DNA of 63,992 nt, counting the filler, from Octopus bimaculoides (lineage: Eukaryota), in the NCBI RefSeq assembly GCF_001194135.2. It is 5 parts of 5 records of this genome, joined end to end, with 100 filler letters (N's around TTAATTAATTAA, not from the genome) between each part and the next. Parts side by side here need not be neighbours in the genome. Positions count along the whole stretch, not along the records: positions 1 to 30,141 come from NC_068992.1; 4 more parts are not named here. The stretch is one strand, 5' to 3'. The notes under the pieces are model-generated. The model ran no database searches. It saw only the letters and a program-made list of their open reading frames with translations, and was not told the DNA's origin. The translations under genes were made by a program, and so were the position numbers. Shown here one piece after another: positions 1-11,542 of the stretch. Numbering within the stretch: position 1 is the first letter of the stretch; every line of letters begins with the position of its first letter.

Positions 1-298
1 TATATATATATATATATTTATATGTACATACATATACACCTGTTCTATTTATCTAGTTATCTATCTATCTGTTATCTATCTGTCACATTACTACATTCCA
101 TGGCTGAGTTTCATGATAAATGGAACATTCTGCACAAATACACGTGTGTGAATGTGTGTACGCACATGTACATTCAAGCACAGAAACACATAAGTACATG
201 GACATACCACACACACACACACACATACAAATATATATTTATTTCCGCATATACAAATACCTATAAACCTCTTCGCTCTCTTTCTCTCGCTCTCTCTG

Positions 299-343
<45 letters not shown>

Positions 344-806
344 GCACACATACACATACATAACATACGTCATACATACACACACACGCACGCACACACA
401 TGCACGCACACACATGCACGCACACACATGCACGCACACACGCACACACAGAGACACACTTACTCATTTACCGAGTCACGACAAAAGTTCATCTAGTACA
501 TAAAAGTAATAATAGTATACGTTTGGGTTATTTGTATGGCTTCAAGGTAATTATTCCGTATTTGGCTATGAGAAGGAATCATAGCTTGAAGCTATAAAAA
601 TGGCGACTAAGACGAAATATCTTCTAGTGACACGGCACTGTTCTTTGTTCTGTTGCTCGAAATATTTCCACGATACTTCCTACCTGATGAATACATCTCC
701 ATGAGATGATACAGCCTCTCCCTCCGCCGTCTCATCATCATCATCATCATCATCACCATCATCATCATCACCATCAGCATTACCGTTACTGTTAGGAAAG
801 GATCAC

Positions 807-838
<32 letters not shown>

Positions 839-839
<1 letters not shown>

Positions 840-1034
840 GGCATCGAGCTGGTAGAATTTTTAGCGTACCGGACAAAATTTTTGGTAGCATTTCGTTCGC
901 CTAGGTCGACTTTGCCTGTCATCTTTTCGGGGTCCATAAAATAAGCAATAGTTACGCACTGGGGGTCGATGAAATTGACGAGCCCCCTCTCCCAAAGTTT
1001 CAAGCCTCCTTGTGCCAGTAGCAGAAAGGATCAC
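839..1034 (+). mobile_element. tRNA-derived SINE family A
   Basis: It carries the shared core GGTCGACTTTGCCT(T)TCATC(C)TTTCGGGGTC..GCACTGGGGGTCGAT and an (ATT)n tail. The same family also occurs at 25810-25985(+), 40310-40520(-), 43965-44115(+) and 46360-46520(-). Confidence 0.85.
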
Positions 1035-1622
1035 TATTATTATTATTATTATTATTATTTTATGTTTGACTTTTGTTTTGCATTTGTACAAGTTGGATCC
1101 AAGTCTCACCCAGAGACCTCAAGAGACAACAAGTTAGAAGTTCATGTAGGTGTTATGCCTAGGGTACCATATATTTGGATTTGTACAGTTTTGTTCGCTG
1201 CAATGCACAACGGTACCTGTTCAGNNNNNNNNNNNNNNNNNNNNNNNNNNNNNNNNNNNNNNNNNNNNNNNNNNNNNNNNNNNNNNNNNNNNNNNNNNNN
1301 NNNNNNNNNNNNNNNNNNNNNNNNNNNNNNNNNNNNNNNNNNNNNNNNNNNNNNNNNNNNNNNNNNNNNNNNNNNNNNNNNNNNNNNNNNNNNNNNNNNN
1401 NNNNNNNNNNNNNNNNNNNNNNNNNNNNNNNNNNNNNNNNNNNNNNNNNNNNNNNNNNNNNNNNNNNNNNNNNNNNNNNNNNNNNNNNNNNNNNNNNNNN
1501 NNNNNNNNNNNNNNNNNNNNNNNNNNNNNNNNNNNNNNNNNNNNNNNNNNNNNNNNNNNNNNNNNNNNNNNNNNNNNNNNNNNNNNNNNNNNNNNNNNNN
1601 NNNNNNNNNNNNNNNNNNNNNN

Positions 1623-1700
1623 GTGGCGAACAGGGTGGCGAACAGGGTGGCGAACAGGGTGGCGAACAGGGTGGCGAACAGGGTGGCGAACAGGGTGGCC
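1623..1700 (+). repeat. 12-bp tandem repeat (GTGGCGAACAGG)x6.4 abutting a gap
   Basis: Six perfect units read directly from the sequence. Confidence 0.95.
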
Positions 1701-1885
1701 AGTCTTACCCAGAAATGGGCTGAAAGGAAGTTGCCCCTGGAAGGTCGGGCAGAGGTGGCGAATGCTGACCTCGTCTCCGTTATCATTTATCGCCTGACCG
1801 TCGTATCTTGTCCTGGTTACTGCTTGACCAGGTTAGAGCGTCTCTGTGAAAGGGACGCGTTCCAATGGTCAGGCAGTCAATATGT
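1695..1885 (+). mobile_element. Tx1/L1-clade LINE ORF2 fragment (post-RT region)
   Basis: Translation gives LTQKWAERKLPLEGRAEVANADLVSVIIYRLTVVSCP..LTRLERL and, after a frameshift, KGRVPMVRQSICC. This matches the W..R.LS..GR...N motif of L1/Tx1 ORF2. Confidence 0.65.
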
Positions 1886-1981
1886 TGCTAGCGTCTTCTT
1901 CTTCTTCTTCTTCTTCTTCTTCTTCTTCTTCTTCTTCTTCTTCTTCTTCTTCTTCTTCTTCTTCTTCTTCTTCTTCTTCTT

Positions 1982-2058
<77 letters not shown>

Positions 2059-3596
2059 GCTAGCGCATGCTTATTCTGTTAGGCCTAATAAATAAGTGAA
2101 ACAACATTGGATGGTCTCCTTAAACAGACCCTGTAATGTGAAGGCGAAATCATGATTCAATAAACTTATTACATTCATTTAATAAATTCATATATGTGGT
2201 GCCTACAGACATGTTTCTGTTAATACATTTATCAAGTAAAGAAACATAAATAGTGAACTTTGACATCTTTCGTCCTTAGAGGAAAGAAGGAAAACATAGA
2301 TTTGCCTTGTACATTCCTGAAGATATCAACTGCATAATTTATCCACTCGATGTTTGAGTTATGTTCGTTGTATATCTAAACCATCGCAGTATGATGACAG
2401 TCTCTGGAGTGCGAGAAGCGAGAAAGACGATACTGCAATGTCTTGCTGCACAGATGATTTGTTTTATGGTGATCAAATGTTTGTGCTGCAAATAACCCCA
2501 CTCACTCCAGCATATTAATGATTGTCTGGATAGGTCCACGGTGTCTCACACATGAGATGTCGAAATGATCGTAGAACAATGTTAGATGAAGTGTTTTACT
2601 CAAGAACACAACTCAACAACCGGTCCAAGAATCGAATTCACGATCTCACGTTCGTGAGTGTAACACCTTGAACACTAGGTCACTCACAGTATAGTAAATA
2701 AGTAAATCACACTCTTCATCACATTAGTCAAATTATGGCAGATTGTTTAAACATGTAGATAAGTTTGCTGATGTGAGACTACTGATAAGTCACTTGCTTA
2801 AAACGACTTTTGCATCATTTTAGTAGATACACAATGAAATAATTCGATAGCTTTGATATGTTTACATGGAGATACTTTAAGAAGACATGGTGCAAACAGC
2901 TTACTCGTGACAAACCAATTGATGTTGATTAGAATCTATTTGACAACGCCGTTTGACTATGTAGTATAGTTTGAACCAAACCCACAGAGAAAACCTGTAG
3001 CTGTCTGAACCTCGTTGATAGATTAGCACCGAATTAGTAAAAGATGATGTTATCAATTTTCCTGAGATGTTTCGTAACAGAAATCCAAATTCCAATCTGA
3101 AAACATTTTCGCAAATGTAAAGTTAAAGTCATACTTGAATTAAAAGTCAATTAAAGGTGGAAGAATCATTTGCAACAAAGTACACAGAATCGTGTGCATT
3201 TCAAAGAGAAGAAATAAATAAAAGATAAATGACTTAAGATGTCACTTAAAGAAGTTCATTTATCTTCCTTAGAAATACGAGCAGTGAAATATTTGTGTGC
3301 AGATGTTTCACAGTAATGTAGGAAATTTAAGCTCAAATGTAACTGGACTGCAAAACTTGACTTTACATTATACTAAACTAAGCTGAGCTAAATTTTACAG
3401 TAATCTAAACTAACATATTACTGTTAACTAACCAAATGTTACCCTTTAGTCAGTTCGCTGAAGTGTAACTCCTTCGTTGATATGTATCACACGCAAATTA
3501 TTTATATCTATCTTAACTTGGATAACTTAGATTGGTTTCGGCCACTATCGTCCGAGGCCATGACTAACTCAATAGCACCACCTGGAAAAGACTTTT

Positions 3597-3890
3597 AATT
3601 AATTATTTCGGGACGCCATGGACCACTCATGCAGCGAGTTGTTGTTGGCTGACACATATCCAGGTGTAGGTGGTTTATCCGGTATTTCCTGGAGGAATTT
3701 GTCCAGGTACCATTTGAAAGTTGTGCGGTCTTTTTCTACTTTAATTTCTTTCAAGATAACATTGAAAAGAGCAGGGCCATTTGCAGTGAAGAGATTCTTT
3801 CGCAATGTTCTTATGTCACGTGATAACGACATGTGAAGGGGACGCATTGCACAGGGACCTAGTCTTGGGTGAATTGTAAGCATAATGCCG
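3597..3890 (-). mobile_element. CR1-type LINE 3' fragment
   Basis: Translation gives IRTLRKNLFTANGPALFNVILKEIK.EKDRTTFKWYLDKFLQEIPDKPPTPGYVSANNNSLHEW, a typical CR1/L2 ORF2 C-terminus. Confidence 0.8.
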
Positions 3891-3961
3891 ATACCATTTG
3901 GATAATATTAATGGAATATTTTCCACATGATGTATCTATCTATCTATCTATCTATCTATCC

Positions 3962-4047
<86 letters not shown>

Positions 4048-4567
4048 GTATATACATGCATAAAAGCATGTGTATACCGATGCGGAAATTTACACGCATG
4101 TGCAGGAAAGGTGACATAACCTCCCACCCAACTGGATAGATTAGACGATAAATATAGTTCAGTGGACACTAACATGTTTAATGTACTGAGCACCTAAAAC
4201 TGTGTAATCAATTATATATTATACTCGTAATGATGTGAAAAGTTGTTAGATTTAATAACAGTTCATCACAAGGAAGACAAGGGAGTTAATTCTGAAATTC
4301 AAATGGATTATAAACTAAATTGGTTAATTGCTTAACTATATCGACCACTCAAATGACGAGAGATAATAAGGCAATTTGATCTCGGTCTTGAAAATGATAC
4401 CAAAGGCGGGATTAGAAAACATTGCCACCGGGTATTGAACACATCACATAACGATCGTAAGTCGAGCACCACAAGCACTAAGCCACGCGTCTTCACAAAC
4501 TTAGCATAATCACAAAGTTATGTGTGAGACTAAGTTAATTTTAAATCGAAACAAGTTTAAATGTATA

Positions 4568-4779
4568 CGAGGTGGGGGGGGGTGCGGAAAAGTTCTTAGC
4601 TCTAAGGTTATTGCAAAAAGTCCAGTTGGAGGCCCAAACTTTTTAAGTTTTTTCACAGCACTTAGAAGAACTGGAAGACCGCTGCAATAAGTATGTAAAT
4701 CTGGGAGGGGAATATGTGGGAAAAAGATCTTCCTCTATTTTCTTTTACCCAAAGCCAGGAACTTTTCAGCACCTCCACG
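4568..4779 (+). mobile_element. mariner-derived MITE
   Basis: TA|CGAGG..GGTGCGGAAAAGTTCTTAGCT on the left and AAAGCCAGGAACTTTTCAGCACCTCCACG|TA on the right. The internal part encodes the mariner C-terminus (LEELEDRCNKYVNLGGEYV). Confidence 0.75.
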
Positions 4780-5206
4780 TATATTAGTTGCTTCTTATAA
4801 AATATGTATGTATATAAATATTTACGCATAAATAGATTCATCATATGCATGCATATATGTAAATGCAGCAATATTTAGACATGTATATTTAAATATATAT
4901 AACATGCACATAGGTGCATATATATACATATATGAATGCGTAAATGTTTACATATATAAGCGTAAAGTTATATTACACACACACACACTAATGTAAGAGC
5001 AAGCATACTCGCAAACACACACACACACACATATATATAAACATACGTATATACATATATACAGACAGAGACAGTTACATGTATATGTACACATACAAAT
5101 ACACTGTGTATCTCGCTCTCTCTCTCTCTATATATACATATATATGTTAGAGAGAGAGAGGGAGAGAGGGAGAGAGATAGTTTGCTAGACAGATACGTAT
5201 ATGTAT

Positions 5207-5247
<41 letters not shown>

Positions 5248-5290
5248 CACACACACACACATATATATATATATACACGCNNNNNNNNNN

Positions 5291-5335
<45 letters not shown>

Positions 5336-6242
5336 AAACGTAACATTAGCGTGTACCATTAAATGAAGAATTCTGCTGCTGAAACGTACTAGAAATAACT
5401 ATTTCATTTTATCAAAATCTTTGTTTGAAACAATTTAAAACAATCTTCACAATCTCTAATTATTTTGCAATGAAATCCTTCTAAACGAGTATTTATACAT
5501 CTGTCCGTTCATGAATAAACTATTACGAACCCCTTATGGACTGATAATGCATATTTATTAGTTTTCATACTTTGACTAACTTCGGGCTCTTTTACTCTAA
5601 AAATATCTGTTAGCTTGAGATTCCCTGAGGATAGTTCAATGATAAAGTGCGGAAAATGCTTTCTTATTCCCAAAGCTGGCAATCAAATTGGTTTCTATTT
5701 CGATGTGATGTGTATCAAGATATTGCAACGAAAGATTATCAATTTAGGAGTTGATGTACTCGAAAGAATAACTCGGAATATTGAAAAAAAACAATATTTT
5801 AGCAATATTTATTTCTAGAATGAGATGGACATATTGCTAAAATTGGTTGCATCTCCATTAAAAATTCACGGTGGAATAAACAAATAATGTGCTTTAGCTT
5901 TATCCAACATATTCAAACACAAAAGGCAAACGCACAAACGGAGCCGCATATACACACAAAATAGATATAAACACACGCATAGACGGATAGTCGAGTGCCT
6001 GCGAGTCTATACATATTTTCATATATGATGAAATAGGCATGCATACACAAAGCATATCAATGGATGCGCAAAATAACCCACTACACTACGAGATGTGAGA
6101 ACTTTTCTAACCCAGCGCAGTGGTAAGTGCTTTGTCAAGGAAGTCACTAGGGGTCGCAGCTGATCTTGAAGAAGGACGCATAAATATGTTATAGGTGCGC
6201 GCGCACACACACAGATCTCACACGTACTCGTACACACACGTA

Positions 6243-6316
<74 letters not shown>

Positions 6317-6448
6317 GTTCTATCTATCTATCTAATCATATGTAAATGATGTAATGCATGCATACTTGTAGGCGTATACTATATATGTACTTTTATGCTT
6401 ATATATGTATGTATGTATGTATATATGTTTTTATCTATTAAATACTTG

Positions 6449-6496
<48 letters not shown>

Positions 6497-6849
6497 AGTG
6501 TGTGTGTGTATGTGTGTGTATGTCTATATATTGATGCATTTGCATATACACATGTATATGTTTATATGGATATATTTATGTCTGTATATCTAGATACATA
6601 CATTACAATTATTGTCTTTTACATGTTAGATATAAACACGATATTTTATTATCTATAAACGTGGGTCAACAATGTTTTTTTTTCACAACCATCGGAGCGC
6701 GAAACTTTCCTCACGAACGCAGTTCGTAAGATGGTTGTGAACTATAAATTTCGCCTCGTTTAAATTTCAACGTAGATGGCCAGAAGAGATACCACAAGGT
6801 ATTTTCGCCGACGCACTATCAAACAACTCTGACAGTTATTAAATGAATA

Positions 6850-7020
6850 TTGGTTTCAAATGTTGGCACAAGGCCAGCAATTTCGGGTGAGGGGGTAAGT
6901 CGATTACATCGTCTCCTGTGATCGACTGGTATTTATTTTAGTAACCCCGAAAGGATGAAACGCAAAGTCGACCTCCGCGGAAGACTGACGAAATACTGCT
7001 TAACATTCTGTCAGCTCGCC
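6850..7020 (-). mobile_element. SINE family A
   Basis: Reverse-complement core CCCCGAAAGGATGAAACGCAAAGTCGACCTC. Confidence 0.85.
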
Positions 7021-7995
7021 AACTTATTTATTTAATAAATATTAAATGAAACAAAGGAAATGAATAATAAGTTAATATTTGCTTAGATCGATACAGTAGT
7101 TTCTTGTCTTTTATATTTCTATTGTATTAGCTAGATGTCTTTAGTAATTCCATACACAACAAGGTTTTATACCTTTTGTTATTCTAATCACTCTTACGTG
7201 ATACATTTTATAATTCTTATTCCAACTAGATATAATAATGTTTTAGAATTTCATTGGAAAGCAGAAATATAATGAACGTCTGTAGTTGACTGTTACCTTA
7301 TTGCTTCAAGTTCTTGGAATGAGGAAACGCAAAGTTCACCTATTATAATGTCCTATATATATATATATATATATNNNNNNNNNNNNNNNNNNNNNNNNNN
7401 NNNNNNNNNNNNNNNNNNNNNNNNNNNNNNNNNNNNNNNNNNNNNNNNNNNNNNNNNNNNNNNNNNNNNNNNNNNNNNNNNNNNNNTACATACATATATA
7501 TATACATATATACATATACATACATATATATATACACAAATATTTGAAAAAAATATATAAATGATAATTAAATATATTTTTTGATTGATAAAATATATTT
7601 ACCAGGAAGAATTATTCGATTTTCTAGGAAAATAATTAATAAAAGTTTCGCTTATGTATATTTGTATTTTTATTGCCTATTTGTTTTTCTAGAAACTCGA
7701 TTGTTTTTCCTGACAAATCTATTTTGTCAACAGAAAAATATAATATTTAATTTTGATTCATATATTTTCATATATTTTATTTTCAAATATTTGTAACTAC
7801 TTTACATTGGGAAAAATATTTTATTCTATTCGATTTATGGAACTAATAAACGATATTTTAATTAGATACTAGCAAACTAGGAATGCTCTTATTTAATCTC
7901 TAATTAAGATGTTAGTAATTAATTATCAATTAGAAAATGTTCAAATATTTAAACTATAATCAAGACGTCAGCTATTCTTAATATAATTATAAAAG

Positions 7996-8460
7996 CGTAG
8001 AGCTGGTACAATCGTTAGCACGCTGGACAAAATGCTTAGCAGTATTTCGGCCGTCTACGGGAAAGATTATTAATATACTTAGCAGTATTTCGTCTGTCGC
8101 TACGTTTTGAGTTCAAATTCCGCTTAGGTCGATTTTGCCTTTCATCCTTTCGGGGTCGATACATTAAGTACCAATTCCGTACTGGGGTCGATCTAATCGA
8201 CTGGCCCACTCCCCCAAAATTTCGGGCCTTGTGCCTAGAATAGAAAAGAATATAAATATATAAATCATGTAAAGCGGCGAGCTGGCAGAATCATTAGCAC
8301 GCTGAGCAAAATGCTTAGTGACACTGTGCCCGTCTTTACGTTTTGAGTTCAAATTCTGCCGAGGTCGACTTTGCCTTTCCTCCTTTCGGAATCAATAAAA
8401 CAACTACCAATAATGGTGTCGATGAAATCGACTAACCCTCGATAAAATTAGTACCACATG
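7996..8460 (+). mobile_element. Two head-to-tail SINE family A copies (7996-8250, 8273-8460)
   Basis: Each has an A-box-like AGCTGG..AATC(G/A)TTAGC, a B-box GAGTTCAAATTC and the shared core. Confidence 0.88.
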
Positions 8461-8959
8461 AACACTGACATCAGTGTAATTGATTTAGCCCCTTTCCCTG
8501 AAATTGGTATCCTTGTATCAAAATTTGAAAGTAATGTAAAAAAGGGGCTGATGTGCCGATTTTGTTCTTTCTCATCATATCCTTATTTATTAATTCACTG
8601 ATTGTTTTTAGCTCATTCGAAGCCCTGAGCGAGCAATGCCAACGTTGAACGGTGTCCTAACCATGTCCATCTTCGCTTTTAATTTCAGTATAGAATATAT
8701 TAAAATACATTATCTATTACGTGTGAAGGCGCGTTGCCTAGTGGTGAGTGTGTTCAGCTGACGATCATAATATTGCAGGTTCAATTACTGGGCCTAACAA
8801 CACAAATCACTTCACTTCCCGATGCCCCGGTCTACTCAGCTATTCATTGGTGCATCTTTTTCTCTCTCTCTACATTCAGCTCTTGCATCCTGGATATGTC
8901 GCTAGGTCAATGGGCATGAGAGCTTAGATCAGTGCTTCCCAAACTTTTCACAGGGGCTC

Positions 8960-9132
8960 CCAACAGTGGTTTCCAACCCTTTCAATGTAATGAGTTTTTC
9001 CACAGACCCCTCTTAATATGCTTATCCTTATGTATATATTTATATATATAAAATCTTGAATTTAGCTCACGGACCACCAGTACTATCTTTGCGACCCACC
9101 AGGGGTCCACAGACCGCAGGTTGGGAACCACT
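8960..9132. mobile_element. hAT-type MITE
   Basis: CAGTGGTTTCCAACC at the left end and GGTTGGGAACCACT at the right end. A second hAT-like start, CAGTGCTTCCCAAAC, lies at about 8929. No clear 8-bp TSD. Confidence 0.55.
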
Positions 9133-9672
9133 TTGTAGATTTTGCCTATGTCTATGTCGCAAGCTACATAGGCCCCCTAAAATAATTAACGAAAGCATGG
9201 TACATGTCATCAAGACTTAGTCGTTGATGGGTGACGGCTGACATTAAACTTTAAAAATCTGTAGTTTAATTTGAACGTATGATGTGGATTTTACACACAG
9301 TTCACTATCTGCTGTATGCAACGGAAGCAGTGTTAGATTAGAATGCACATTTGGTTATCATATTTTATGTAAATACACCGCGTGGGGCAAATTTATTGTG
9401 CTATTCATCCGGGGAGAGCTCTTGTGGACGTGTTGTGTTTAAAAACGCAATCTATATCAGGAGACCAAAATCGATTCAGCAGCGGCAATGGGAAACGTCT
9501 AGATACACTTCTGCTAGTCCAACATCCCCACCACCTTCGACACCACCACATCCTCCAACACCAACATCACCTCCATTATCACCATCGCCATCACCGTCAT
9601 CATAACCACAACAACCTCTAACACTAACACCAACACCACCACAGATATCATCACCACCACAAATCACAGCAT

Positions 9673-9708
<36 letters not shown>

Positions 9709-10911
9709 CACCACCACCACCACAAATACTCCCACCACCGTCTCCGATGCCACCATGTTGTTCATCACTCAATTCTGTCCGACCCACCATGGGCGCCATT
9801 TTGTCCATCACTCTAGTAATTCTATCACCATTTTATTCGTCAATTTAGTTCAGCGGTTCTCAATATTTTTTATGGTGCATTGGTAATCAAATTACGAGAA
9901 TAATCATTGGTATAGGTTCCTACGAAAACATAATTACTGATTCACTACTGCGTATNNNNNNNNNNNNNNNNNNNNNNNNNNNNNNNNNNNNNNNNNNNNN
10001 NNNNNNNNNNNNNNNNNNNNNNNNNNNNNNNNNNNNNNNNNNNNNNNNNNNNNNNNNNNNNNNNNNNNNNNNNNNNNNNNNNNNNNNNNNNNNNNNNNNN
10101 NNNNNNNNNNNNNNNNNNNNNNNNNNNNNNNNNNNNNNNNNNNNNNNNNNNNNNNNNNNNNNNNNNNNNNNNNNNNNNNNNNNNNNNNNNNNNNNNNNNN
10201 NNNNNNNNNNNNNNNNNNNNNNNNNNNNNNNNNNNNNNNNNNNNNNNNNNNNNNNNNNNNNNNNNNNNNNNNNNNNNNNNNNNNNNNNNNNNNNNNNNNN
10301 NNNNNNNNNNNNNNNNNNNNNNNNNNNNNNNNNNNNNNNNNNNNNNNNNNNNNNNNNNNNNNNNNNNNNNNNNNNNNNNNNNNNNNNNNNNNNNNNNNNN
10401 NNNNNNNNNNNNNNNNNNNNNNNNNNNNNNNNNNNNNNNNNNNNNNNNNNNNNNNNNNNNNNNNNNNNNNNNNNNNNNNNNNNNNNNNNNNNNNNNNNNN
10501 NNNNNNNNNNNNNNNNNNNNNNNNNNNNNNNNNNNNNNNNNNNNNNNNNNNNNNNNNNNNNNNNNNNNNNNNNNNNNNNNNNNNNNNNNNNNNNNNNNNN
10601 NNNNNNNNNNNNNNNNNNNNNNNNNNNNNNNNNNNNNNNNNNNNNNNNNNNNNNNNNNNNNNNNNNNNNNNNNNNNNNNNNNNNNNNNNNNNNNNNNNNN
10701 NNNNNNNNNNNNNNNNNNNNNNNNNNNNNNNNNNNNNNNNNNNNNNNNNNNNNNNNNNNNNNNNNNNNNNNNNNNNNNNNNNNNNNNNNNNNNNNNNNNN
10801 NNNNNNNNNNNNNNNNNNNNNNNNNNNNNNNNNNNNNNNNNNNNNNNNNNNNNNNNNNNNNNNNNNNNNNNNNNNNNNNNNNNNNNNNNNNNNNNNNNNN
10901 NNNNNTATATA

Positions 10912-10953
<42 letters not shown>

Positions 10954-10984
10954 TCAAGGGTAATTAGAAATATTAGAAATTTTG

Positions 10985-11474
10985 GCCTAGGTGTTAGCCA
11001 AGACTTTGTCGCTTGTCATCGAGAAACTAGTCGACAAGGCGCAAACGTGTGCCGGGCCGGAGCATCCATGACAACCTCCACCCGATGCGTTACAAGAAAA
11101 GATGGGTTAATGTAGCAAGGATGGCACGTGTGAATGACGGAGCCACCCTGAGCATAAGCCTTTGAACCAGAAGTAAAAGGTAAAAAGAGAGTCACCTACT
11201 ATAATGTGTTTTTCTGCATGACATTATTGGCCAAGGTTACCGTGGTCTTTTCCGTAGGCTTTTCCTCCCACGGATAAACCTAATCAGTTTCCCCCTTTAC
11301 ACCAGCACATTTCTGTGATACACGATCCCTATTGATCGTTTTTTCTTTTTTATGATCCCTTTTGATCGAGAATCTACCCCCCTTTTTCCCCTTCCTTCTC
11401 CTCCCCCAAAAGAAAAGCTCTACTTTGTAACTTGTTCCCTCTGTGTTCAGCCCTGTGTGGTTAACAAAGAAACA

Positions 11475-11475
<1 letters not shown>
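10985..11475 (+). mobile_element. Probable Tx1/L1-clade LINE 3' end and 3' UTR
   Basis: Translation gives KRWVNVARMARVNDGATLSISL*, followed by a T/C-rich UTR ending ...TTCAGCCCTGTGTGGTTAACAAAGAAAC and then (TATC)n. Recognised from memory of this repeat family only. Confidence 0.5.

Positions 11476-11542
<67 letters not shown>

Noticed and set aside
1623-1700. Possible CRISPR-like array
   Set aside because: The repeats are contiguous with no spacers, the context is eukaryotic, and there are no cas genes. The 59551-59830 array likewise lacks unique spacers between identical repeats.
969-2063. 364-aa ORF with VANR repeats
   Set aside because: It spans a SINE tail, a ~400-N gap, a 12-bp tandem, a Tx1 fragment and microsatellites. 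The tandem abuts the gap and may be inflated by assembly.
9351-9811. Pro/Thr-rich and Gly/Ala-rich ORFs
   Set aside because: They are decayed (CAC)n/(CAG)n repeats without splice or homology support.
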